A stretch of 64,000 nucleotides of DNA from Waddlia chondrophila WSU 86-1044 (GTDB lineage: Bacteria > Chlamydiota > Chlamydiia > Chlamydiales > CAMCWV01): positions 43,821 through 107,820 of the forward strand of contig CAMCWV010000002.1 in the NCBI GenBank assembly GCA_945882915.1, in the 5' to 3' direction. The notes under the pieces are model-generated. The model was not told the origin of the DNA and searched no databases. It worked only from the letters and a program-made list of their open reading frames with translations. Positions 36,531-44,895 of the stretch are shown here, in pieces. The first letter of the stretch is position 1, and each line of letters opens with the position of its first letter. Position numbers and translations under genes: made by a program.

Positions 36531-39098
36531 TTAATCAATGTGTTGGGTAATGACGATGCTCAACAGTTTATTTGGAACAAATACAACTTTTGTTATCTTG
36601 CCTTCAAGGTGCTTAGAAATGTTGGGGTGCTCACGCGCTAGAGCCAAAATGGTTTGCTCATCTTGGTTGTTAGGGAGCTCAAACTTCCCACGCAGCTTCC
36701 CATTAACTTGGACAACATAGGTCGCCATGTCATTTTGAAGATATTTGGGGTCGGCCTCTGGATAAGGGACATCGATAACGGTCCCCTTAACAGTCCCATT
36801 ACCCAAGAACTGCCACATTTCCTCGGCTAAGTGAGGGGCAAAGGGGGCGAGGACTAACGTTGCCATTTTTAATACAGGCCTAGGATATGCCGGAAGGCGA
36901 AGGAACTCGTTAAGAAACTCCATCATCTTCGCAATTGCTGTATTGAACAACATCGCCTCGATATCCTTAGTGACTCCCTCAATAAGGCGGTGCGCAAGCT
37001 TAAGGGCCTCTTCGCTCTCTTCATCTGAGGCCTTATCGGAGGTTACCATGTCATAAAAACGGGAAAGAAATCTGCGGCACCCCGAAACAGAGTCGGTATT
37101 CCACACTTTTTCTTTCTCAATCGGCCCCATGAACATCTCGTAAAGACGCAAGGAATCAGCCCCAAACTCCTGAACAATCTCATCTGGAGAGACGACGTTA
37201 AGCCTAGACTTTGACATCTTCTCCATTTGGCTAAAAAGAGACTCTCCCGTTGTTCGGTGAAAGTACTCCCCCTCTTTTTCAACAACATCCTCGGGGGAGA
37301 CCCAAGAGCGGTTCTTTGTTTGATAAGAGCGAGAAATCACCATTCCAGGGTTAACTAGCTTTTTGAACGGCTCATTTGTGTGGACCAATCCACAATCAAA
37401 GAGAACCTTGTGCCAGAAACGCGCGTAAAGAAGGTGAAGCACTGCGTGCTCTGCTCCCCCAACATAGAGATCTACAGGAGCCCAATGCTGTTCTGCCTCA
37501 GGGCTCCAAGCCTCTTTTGTGTTAAGAGGGTCACAAAAACGGAGGTAATACCAGCACGACCCAGCCCATTGGGGCATTGTATGGGTTTCTCTACGCGCTT
37601 TTCTTCCTGTTTTAGGGTCAGTGATTTCCACCCATTCACGAAGAGCCGCTAAGGGACTTTCTCCTGTTTCTGTCGGCTTGTAGGCGGTTACTTTTGGAAG
37701 CTCTAACGGAAGCTCCTTTGCATCAAGGACCCTTTTGCCCCCCTGCTCATCTTGAAAATGGAGCAAAGGCATTGGCTCTCCCCAATACCGCTGACGCGAG
37801 AAGAGCCAGTCCCGAAGCTTATAGTTAACTGCAGCCTCTCCTTTCTTTACTTTTTCTAGCCAGGTAACAATCTTCACTTTTGCTTCAGCAACAGAAAGCC
37901 CTTCTAAAGATATATCAGCCTGATGACTGTTGATTGCTTTTCCCTCACCTGTCCAGCAGTGCTTGCCAGCCAAAACCTCCTGACGGATCTCCTCGCCAGC
38001 TGCCGGGTCAATCACAGCAAGAACAGAAAGCTTGTATTGGGCAGCAAATTCAAAGTCCCGCTCGTCGTGCGCAGGAACAGCCATCACAATCCCTGTTCCA
38101 TAGGCAAGAAGTACATAATCAGCCACCCAAACAGGAATGTGCTTTCCGTTGACAGGATTAACCGCAAAGGCTCCTGTCGAAACACCTGTTTTCTCTTTTG
38201 AGAGATCTGTTCGGTCAAGGTCACTCTTGGACCCAGTTGCAAGACGATAGGCAGCAACTGCCTGTTTTTGCTGAGGCGTCGTTATTTTATCGACCACCGG
38301 ATGCTCGGGAGCAAGCACCATATAGGTCACACCAAACAATGTATTTGGGCAGGTCGTGAAAACAGTGAGCACTTCGCCTGTTTGCTTTTCGACAAAGTCA
38401 ATCTTGGCCCCTTCACTCTTGCCAATCCAGTTGATCTGCTGCCTCTTGAGATTATCGGGCCAGTCAAGATCCTTCAAATCATCCAAAAGCCTGTCCGCGT
38501 ACGCGGTAATTTTAAGCATCCACTGCTTAAGTGGGCGCCTTTCAATTGGGTGGCCCCCTTCTTTAGACTTGCCGTTGTCAATTTCTTCGTTAGCAAGAAC
38601 TGTTTTTAGCGCAGGGCAATAGTTGACAGGAACCTCCGCCTCATAAGCAAGGCCCCGCTCGTAGAGTTTTGTAAAGATCCATTGTGTCCATTTGTAATAG
38701 GTCACATCGCTTGTTGCAATCTCTCTGTCCCAATCGTAGCAAAAGCCAAGGGCCTTAAGCTGCCGGCGAAAGTTATCGGTATTGGATTTGGTGATTACTG
38801 AAGGGTGGATGCCGGTGCTGATGGCGTACTGCTCGGCAGGAAGGCCGAAGCTGTCCCACCCCATTGGATGGAGAACGTTAAACCCCTTTTGCCGCTTGTA
38901 ACGGGCTATAATATCGGTGGCTGTGTATCCAGCTGGATGCCCCACGTGGAGGCCAGCTCCTGAAGGGTAAGGGAACATATCCAAAACATAATATTTTGGT
39001 TTAGAATGGTCGATCTTAACGCTAAAGGTTTTGTTTTCTTCCCAATACTTCTGCCACTTTGTTTCAATCGGGGCGTGGCAATACTTCTGTTTTTCCAT
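36531..39098 (-). CDS. leuS: leucyl-tRNA synthetase
   Basis: 855 aa. HIGH-type HVGHPAGY, KMSKS, and a CP1 editing domain. Confidence 0.97.
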   Translation of the reverse strand: MEKQKYCHAPIETKWQKYWEENKTFSVKIDHSKPKYYVLDMFPYPSGAGLHVGHPAGYTATDIIARYKRQKGFNVLHPMGWDSFGLPAEQYAISTGIHPSVITKSNTDNFRRQLKALGFCYDWDREIATSDVTYYKWTQWIFTKLYERGLAYEAEVPVNYCPALKTVLANEEIDNGKSKEGGHPIERRPLKQWMLKITAYADRLLDDLKDLDWPDNLKRQQINWIGKSEGAKIDFVEKQTGEVLTVFTTCPNTLFGVTYMVLAPEHPVVDKITTPQQKQAVAAYRLATGSKSDLDRTDLSKEKTGVSTGAFAVNPVNGKHIPVWVADYVLLAYGTGIVMAVPAHDERDFEFAAQYKLSVLAVIDPAAGEEIRQEVLAGKHCWTGEGKAINSHQADISLEGLSVAEAKVKIVTWLEKVKKGEAAVNYKLRDWLFSRQRYWGEPMPLLHFQDEQGGKRVLDAKELPLELPKVTAYKPTETGESPLAALREWVEITDPKTGRKARRETHTMPQWAGSCWYYLRFCDPLNTKEAWSPEAEQHWAPVDLYVGGAEHAVLHLLYARFWHKVLFDCGLVHTNEPFKKLVNPGMVISRSYQTKNRSWVSPEDVVEKEGEYFHRTTGESLFSQMEKMSKSRLNVVSPDEIVQEFGADSLRLYEMFMGPIEKEKVWNTDSVSGCRRFLSRFYDMVTSDKASDEESEEALKLAHRLIEGVTKDIEAMLFNTAIAKMMEFLNEFLRLPAYPRPVLKMATLVLAPFAPHLAEEMWQFLGNGTVKGTVIDVPYPEADPKYLQNDMATYVVQVNGKLRGKFELPNNQDEQTILALAREHPNISKHLEGKITKVVFVPNKLLSIVITQHID

Positions 39099-39146
39099 AA
39101 TTTTCCATTACAAATATAAGTGTGCTAATAAGTTAGCTGTAGCAAC

Positions 39147-39246
39147 TTTGAACCTCCCCATAGCTAAAGCTGGGGGATTGCGTCGTGTCTTTATTCAGTG
39201 CTCTGCAAACCCCGCGCTAAAGGACGGGGTTTGCAGAGCACTGGAT
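39147..39246. repeat. uninterrupted copy of the 45-nt unit split at 14906-15225, followed by a perfect palindrome related to the hairpin next to the IS200 tnpA
   Basis: 39147-39191 ttgaacctccccatagctaaagctgggggattgcgtcgtgtcttt. 39196-39245 cagtgctctgcaaaccccg cgctaaagga cggggtttgcagagcactg. The reverse complement aligns with 60841-60885 ccagtgcgcggcaaaccccatcctttagggcggggtcaagagcgc. Confidence 0.75.
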
Positions 39247-39300
39247 CAACGACTAGAACGTGTTTGCTCATATCTCTTAGCGCTGTTATGCTTTCCTAAA

Positions 39301-39466
39301 CTATACTCCGCTTAGCTGAAAACGGGAATTTGGACTAACGCGAAAGCTCCCGCGGCTGAACGATCGCAAGTGCCTTAGTATTAGAAATACAAAGGGCACT
39401 TGCGATCGTTCAGCCCCGGGGCTTTGGCGCCGTCCAAGTTCCCATTTTCAGCTAAGCGGAGTATAT
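39301..39466. repeat. R1 longest form with R8 (39354-39415)
   Basis: ctatactccgcttagctgaaaacgggaatttggactaacgcgaaagctcccgc[R8]ccggggctttggcgccgtccaagttcccattttcagctaagcggagtata. Confidence 0.9.
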
Positions 39467-39528
39467 TCCTATTCGAAAAAAGCATCTTATTGTATTTCGG
39501 AATATAATTTAAACCAGAGTTACGTTAC

Positions 39529-41934
39529 ATGATCCAAAATCGCGAGCACCCATCCCGGCTCTTTCAAAGTCTTTCCAAAGTTATTCTTCAATTTTTAGGA
39601 GGACGTTCTTACGAACCCCTCGCCTCAGAGCCTCTTGCTAAGGCCCTCCATCTGCTGCCTGACCAACTCCCTGTTTTTACAGACGCCCTGAACGACCTCG
39701 TAAAACAAGGCTTTATCGAGCATGAACATGATCGTTACGGCCTAAAAACCTCTGCCGGGGCACCGGGAGTGCTTGGCATCCTGCGCGTCCACCCACGGGG
39801 ATTTGGGTTTTTGCAAGCTGATGACGCCAAGAAGTATCCGCAAGACATTTTCATTCCTAAGCACCTGACAAAAAACGCTGTCGATGGGGACCACGTAGAG
39901 GTGGCCGTCAACGAAGAATCTACCTCAGAAAAAGGCCCTGAAGGCAAAGTTGTTGCAATCCTTAAAAGAGGCCGGACACACCTTGCAGGAACAATTCTTG
40001 CAATAGAAGGAGACACCTGCATCGCCTTTGCACCTCTCCTTGGCATCACCCAAAGAATCGTCGTAAAGCCCACGAAGGAAAGAGAACTCGAGTTTGGCGA
40101 CCGGATCATTATGAAAGTGCTTGATTGGGGAGAAAAGGGGGGCGAAACTCAGTGCGAAATGTTCTATTATTTAGGGCACATTACAGACCCCTCATGCGAC
40201 GTAACGGCTGCAATTGAAGAATTCAATATCCGTTCAAAATTTAACGCACAAGCCGTTGAAGAGGCTGAAAGCTGGGGAACTCAAGTTCCTCTTGATGAAA
40301 TAAAAAAACGGGAAGACATTCGCGATGTAGAATGCTTCACAATCGACCCAGACACCGCAAAAGATTATGACGATGCCATTTCTTTAAATCTAGACGAACG
40401 AGGGCACTACCATCTGGGTGTACACATTGCAGACGTTGCCCACTACGTAAGACCAGGCTCTGCGCTTGACACCGAAGCTAAAGTGCGCTGCAACTCGACC
40501 TACTTCCCCGGAATCTGCGTTCCAATGCTTCCCCATCAACTCTCCGACAACTTATGTAGCCTTCAGCCTGGAAAAAACCGGCTTACACAGTCGGCGTTTA
40601 TGGAATTTGACGGGCAAGGAACGTTGGTGAATTATAGGATATCCCGAACGGTCATCAAGAGCGCAAAACGGTTCACCTACCGTGAAGCCAAAGAAATCAT
40701 GGATGGCAAAAAGAAAAGCAAACACGGCCCTACGATCCTTCTCATGGTTAAGCTCTGCCACCTCCTTAAAAAGAAACGGTACGAAAGAGGAAGTATTGAG
40801 TTTTGCCTCCCTGAAGCTGCCATAAAGGTCGACGAAAAGGGAGTCCCTACAGGTGTCGACTTCATAGAGTACGACATCAGCCACCAGGTTGTTGAAGAGT
40901 TCATGCTCAAGGCCAACGAAGTTGTTGCCACCCACCTCACTAAACAAGGGCTGCCACTTACCTACCGCGTCCATGAACAGCCTTCTGAAGACAGCATGAG
41001 GGAGTTTGCCTTACTTGCTGGAGCTTTTGGATATCCTCTTTCCGAAAAACCAACACCTCAAGAGCTTCAAACGCTTTTTGATGAAGTCAAAGAAATGTCT
41101 TACGCAAAACAGATCTCAACTAGCTTCATCCGAAGCATGAGGCTTGCGGTTTACTCTTCTGTTAACCTCGGCCATTACGGCCTTAGCCTTGAGTATTACT
41201 GCCACTTTACAAGTCCTATTCGCCGTTATGTCGATCTAATCACGCAGCGAGTGCTTACAGGAACGACCTATACAACCGACCAGCTCCATACTGTTTCCAC
41301 AACCTGCTCCGAGCAGGAGCGAACTAGCTCACGCGCGGAACAAAGCGTTGTCATCTTAAAGAAGCTTCGCCTTCTTGATTCGATGAAAAAAACTGAGCCC
41401 CGTAGAGAATATGAAGCTGTGGTAACAAAAGTTAAAAACTTTGGGATCTTCTTCGAAATTATCGAAACAATGATTGAAGGACAATTACACGTCTCGCAAC
41501 TCGATCAAGATTATTTTGTTTATGATGCGAAGAAGCTGCGGCTTGTTGGCAGTCACCACGGCCATTCTTTTGGGCCTGGCGACAAACTCATTGTCATGCT
41601 TCGGGATGTCAATTTCATCACCCTTGAATCACGATGGCATTTTGTTTGCAGCCTCAATGAGGAGGGTGAAGCTCCTCTAAAAGAGTTTGCCGTCCCAAGG
41701 CCTGCTTCCCTTTCAAAAAACAGAATGCCCGGAAACAGAACGCCTAAAAGCGGCAAATCTGCTAGGAGCAATTTTGCCAGAGGAAAACCAGGTCCCCGAG
41801 GCGGAAAGTCAGAAAATACCGGGACTAAAAAGAGTCAAAAAAGAAGCCCTGATAAAAAAAGCGCAGGCAAAGGGTCAAATAGGGGGTCAGGTCCGGGGCA
41901 GGGAAAGGAGCCTGGCAAAGGCAAACACCGCTAA
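39529..41934 (+). CDS. rnr: ribonuclease R (VacB)
   Basis: 801 aa. Cold-shock-like N-terminus (GFGFL), RNB catalytic domain (DPDTAKDYDDA), S1 domain, Lys/Arg/Gly-rich tail. Confidence 0.9.
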   Translation: MIQNREHPSRLFQSLSKVILQFLGGRSYEPLASEPLAKALHLLPDQLPVFTDALNDLVKQGFIEHEHDRYGLKTSAGAPGVLGILRVHPRGFGFLQADDAKKYPQDIFIPKHLTKNAVDGDHVEVAVNEESTSEKGPEGKVVAILKRGRTHLAGTILAIEGDTCIAFAPLLGITQRIVVKPTKERELEFGDRIIMKVLDWGEKGGETQCEMFYYLGHITDPSCDVTAAIEEFNIRSKFNAQAVEEAESWGTQVPLDEIKKREDIRDVECFTIDPDTAKDYDDAISLNLDERGHYHLGVHIADVAHYVRPGSALDTEAKVRCNSTYFPGICVPMLPHQLSDNLCSLQPGKNRLTQSAFMEFDGQGTLVNYRISRTVIKSAKRFTYREAKEIMDGKKKSKHGPTILLMVKLCHLLKKKRYERGSIEFCLPEAAIKVDEKGVPTGVDFIEYDISHQVVEEFMLKANEVVATHLTKQGLPLTYRVHEQPSEDSMREFALLAGAFGYPLSEKPTPQELQTLFDEVKEMSYAKQISTSFIRSMRLAVYSSVNLGHYGLSLEYYCHFTSPIRRYVDLITQRVLTGTTYTTDQLHTVSTTCSEQERTSSRAEQSVVILKKLRLLDSMKKTEPRREYEAVVTKVKNFGIFFEIIETMIEGQLHVSQLDQDYFVYDAKKLRLVGSHHGHSFGPGDKLIVMLRDVNFITLESRWHFVCSLNEEGEAPLKEFAVPRPASLSKNRMPGNRTPKSGKSARSNFARGKPGPRGGKSENTGTKKSQKRSPDKKSAGKGSNRGSGPGQGKEPGKGKHR

Positions 41935-41995
41935 AGCAAGCGTAAAACTATGCATAAAAAATCGGTTGCAGGAATAGAAGGCAATCTTTATACTT

Positions 41996-42238
41996 ATGCC
42001 CTTTACTGCCAATAGGAGCACAATCTACATGACACGCATGAGTAAAAAAGGCGAGATAAAAGGCGTTTATCCGTACAGCCACGTCGCTAAAAAATCCAAG
42101 TTTCGCCCAGAAACAGAATCAGGTAACCTCGAGCCAATCACCCGCACAGTCAAAGCTATTATGCGCGTTAAACTTGAAAACCAGGGTGCCGGCGTCTTCT
42201 TTATTCCTCAGATTAAAGATTGCTCGCACAACAGATAA
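41996..42238 (+). CDS. hypothetical small protein (start uncertain)
   Basis: 80-aa ORF between rnr and the small basic protein gene. The internal Met MSKKGEIKG is a possible alternative start. No motif recognised. Confidence 0.3.
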   Translation: MPFTANRSTIYMTRMSKKGEIKGVYPYSHVAKKSKFRPETESGNLEPITRTVKAIMRVKLENQGAGVFFIPQIKDCSHNR

Positions 42239-42275
42239 CATCTAAACGTTAATTGAATTTGAACAGGAATTCTTT

Positions 42276-42428
42276 ATGTCCCGACATACTAGCTACGGAA
42301 GCTCAAGCAAAACGACCAAAAAGTCCAGCGTATTAAGTCGTTGTGAACGAATCGCCCTTCTAATAAAGTCTGGCCAGTTTAAAGGAGCAAAGGTTACAGG
42401 TCTTCCCAAGACGCTTGTTCCTAAGTAA
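42276..42428 (+). CDS. small basic protein (50 aa; PVC-type small basic protein family, from memory)
   Basis: MSRHTSYGSSSKTTKKSSVLSRCERIALLIKSGQFKGAKVTGLPKTLVPK. Below the ORF-track size cut-off. Followed by a terminator hairpin. The pattern (S/K-rich N-terminus, R.ERI..L...G.....V.GLPKT) matches my recollection of the small basic protein family. Confidence 0.55.
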   Translation: MSRHTSYGSSSKTTKKSSVLSRCERIALLIKSGQFKGAKVTGLPKTLVPK

Positions 42429-42478
42429 CTTCCTAAAATAACTTTCCCCCTTCAACGTTTCCTTAGAATACAGTTAAG

Positions 42479-42505
42479 GCGTAGCTATTCGGCTACGTCT
42501 TTTTC
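42479..42505 (+). terminator. Rho-independent terminator
   Basis: cgtagc tattcg gctacg followed by tcttttt. Confidence 0.6.
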
Positions 42506-42544
42506 TGTTCCCAAATGCCCTTTGCAAAAACGCGCTTCGCGTCG

Positions 42545-42580
42545 TATAGTCGATTAAATCTCAAATGATAGGTTGAGACA
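42545..42580. repeat. R5 single arm
   Basis: tatagtcgattaaatctcaaatgataggttgagaca. Confidence 0.8.
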
Positions 42581-42654
42581 GATTAAGCAGTTTGCAGAAA
42601 TGAAATTCTGATTTATCGTGACCCTCCATGAATTCTGTAAAAGGGAGAGTCAGA

Positions 42655-42729
42655 ATGGTTACGCATGTACAGGTAGAGCGGTTAGATCATCTAGGCGTCA
42701 TTGCTGCTGTGAAAAAATCTATCGCCTAG
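42655..42729 (+). pseudogene. remnant of an IS4/IS1634-type transposase N-terminus
   Basis: The 24-codon ORF MVTHVQVERLDHLGVIAAVKKSIA* carries the (V/I)ERLDHLG(L/V)(I/V)A motif I associate with IS1634/IS4-family transposase N-termini. It is truncated by a stop. Confidence 0.45.
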
Positions 42730-42823
42730 ATCTTGAACCTGCTCCAACCTGTTGACAGCACAGTCTCAGTGCGAATTGCTCAATCTGGGTTAAAACACTA
42801 AAACGCTAAACCAGGATGAACGC

Positions 42824-43309
42824 GTGAGAATCGGCGTCCTTAATCAACAATCTTCTCTTCCCATTGACAAGCCCAGTGTCAGGAGTGTCGTGCGCGCTTT
42901 CCTCAAGCTTGAAGAGGTCAGCTGCAATGAAGTTTCCATCCATTTTATAGACACCAAAGAAACTTGCCGCATCCACAACGACTATTTTGGAGACCCCACT
43001 ACCACCGATTGCATGTCCTTTCCTCTCATGACCTTCCCGCTAGAAGACCAAGCTGATGCTTACCGCCTTTTAGGAGACGTCTTTGTCTGCCCAGAGACAG
43101 CACTCAACTACACCGCTGAACATGGCGGAAATCCCTACGAAGAAACCACCCTTTACATCATACATGGGATGCTTCATTTACTTGGCTATGATGACCGAAA
43201 AAAAGCTGATCTCAAAAAAATGAGAGAAGCAGAAGCCAAACACATGAAAAACCTCAAACAACACAATCTATTAATACAAAGACCCAAAGTATATACTCCT
43301 CTTAGCTGA
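42824..43309 (+). CDS. ybeY: rRNA maturation endoribonuclease YbeY
   Basis: GTG start. Zinc motif HGMLHLLGYDD. The last 6 codons and the stop (VYTPLS*) lie inside an R1 repeat. Confidence 0.85.
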   Translation: MRIGVLNQQSSLPIDKPSVRSVVRAFLKLEEVSCNEVSIHFIDTKETCRIHNDYFGDPTTTDCMSFPLMTFPLEDQADAYRLLGDVFVCPETALNYTAEHGGNPYEETTLYIIHGMLHLLGYDDRKKADLKKMREAEAKHMKNLKQHNLLIQRPKVYTPLS

Positions 43310-43362
43310 AAACGGGAATTTGGACGGCGCCAAAGCCCCGTTTTCAGCTAAGAGGAGTATAT
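43290..43362. repeat. R1 short form overlapping the ybeY 3' end
   Basis: tatatactcctcttagctgaaaacgggaatttggacggcgccaaagccccgttttcagctaagaggagtatat. Confidence 0.9.
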
Positions 43363-43372
43363 TAAATAATTT

Positions 43373-44725
43373 ATGGTCACAACTGCACTCACCTTGGCAT
43401 TGACCTGCCTTATAGCAAGCTGCTTCTTAAGCGCCATAAGAAGCGTATTTGACAGGCTCCCCAGGCACCAACTAAGACTCTGCCTAAAAGAGACCGGCCC
43501 CTCCTTTTTTTATCGCCCATTCCATGTTTTTTGTTTTCCAAAAAAAGAGATTGAAGGGCTCGCCTTCACGCTCTCCTGCGCTAAACACTTTTGCCGCTAT
43601 CTTTACGCCGCTATTAGCATGTTTTTTCTGTTTGAGCTTCATAAAGCTCTCATTTTTAGCCAAGACGTCCCCTCGTTTATCCCCTGGATATGGATCTCCT
43701 CGGCGCTGCTCTTCTTCTTCATAATGTTTCTGCTAATCAGCCACTTCCTCCCCCACTTCTGGGCTCAGCGCTCCCCAACAAATGCGGTAAAAGTCTCTGC
43801 CCCCATTGCCTCTCTTTTCTTGTTCCTCTTTGCACCGCTGACGCTTTTCCTCCTAAAGTCGTCACTTGTGCTTACTCGACTTATCGGCACAAAGCCAAAG
43901 CAAATGACAAGCGGGCAAGTAGCAGGGAAAATCATCGAGATTCTTCAGGAGGCTGAAGGCAAAGGTATCCTAACCTCTGTCGACAGAAAGCTCATCGAAT
44001 CAGTCATCACGTTTAAAGACTACATCGTACGTGAAACGATGGTCCCCAGGAGCGATATCTATGGCCTTGAGGCAACAACCTCTGTCCGCGAAGCCGCTTA
44101 CTTCTTAAATAAAAAGAGGTACAGCCGAATCCCCGTCTACGCTGACTCTATCGATGAAATCAAAGGGGTTTTGCTATTTAAAGACCTGCTTGATGTCTTT
44201 GTGCAAGCTGAAAAAGAGGGCAAAAACTCACTTCTCTTAGATGCCCCTATCGAATCATTAATTAAGCCAATCCTCTACACTCCCGAAACAAAAAAAGCAT
44301 CTGCACTGCTACAAGAATTCCGCCACAAACAAGTCCACCTGGCTATTGTTGTCGATGAATACGGCGGCACCAAAGGCTTGGTGACAATGGAGGACATCCT
44401 CGAGCAGATCGTCGGAGACATCACAGATGAGTCTGATGACGATGAAATAGAACTTTTTACAAACCAGCCTGGTGGCGGATGGGTTGTGGATGGGCGGATG
44501 TCTATTGATGACATCGAAGATCGTCTTGGGTTAAAGATCCCTCAAGAAGGAGATTACGACACCCTTGGCGGATATATCTTCTACCGAACAGGGACAATTC
44601 CTTCTGTAGGCCTGCGGATCCACCACGATGACTTCGAATTAGAAATTTTAAGTTGCACAGAGCGCTCTGTCGAGAAAGTAAAAATCACCAAAGAGCACAC
44701 AGAACACTACAAAGAAGAGCACTAG
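43373..44725 (+). CDS. DUF21-CBS-CorC_HlyC family protein (TlyC/CorC-like)
   Basis: 450 aa. N-terminal TM helices, a CBS pair, and a C-terminal CorC_HlyC domain (GGWVVDGRMSIDD...GDYDTLGGYI). Confidence 0.8.
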   Translation: MVTTALTLALTCLIASCFLSAIRSVFDRLPRHQLRLCLKETGPSFFYRPFHVFCFPKKEIEGLAFTLSCAKHFCRYLYAAISMFFLFELHKALIFSQDVPSFIPWIWISSALLFFFIMFLLISHFLPHFWAQRSPTNAVKVSAPIASLFLFLFAPLTLFLLKSSLVLTRLIGTKPKQMTSGQVAGKIIEILQEAEGKGILTSVDRKLIESVITFKDYIVRETMVPRSDIYGLEATTSVREAAYFLNKKRYSRIPVYADSIDEIKGVLLFKDLLDVFVQAEKEGKNSLLLDAPIESLIKPILYTPETKKASALLQEFRHKQVHLAIVVDEYGGTKGLVTMEDILEQIVGDITDESDDDEIELFTNQPGGGWVVDGRMSIDDIEDRLGLKIPQEGDYDTLGGYIFYRTGTIPSVGLRIHHDDFELEILSCTERSVEKVKITKEHTEHYKEEH

Positions 44726-44790
44726 TGGTCTGTCAATATTGAAATTACGGGTGTGCTAGCGCGAAAGCCCCTTCATGTGTGGGCAATCTC
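44722..44790. repeat. variant R1 arm (same as 3456-3513) plus degenerate R6-like end
   Basis: ctagtggtctgtcaatattgaaattacgggtgtgctagcgcgaaagcccc, then catgtgtgggcaatc. The shared block starts at the stop codon TAG of the upstream gene. Confidence 0.7.
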
Positions 44791-44895
44791 TTAAATGGAA
44801 GGAACCGCTTATTCTGTTAAACAAACCTTCAGCCTTGTCTGTTATCCATTTATTCTTTATCCTTTCGCCTTCATCTTCAAACCTTAAGGGTCATC

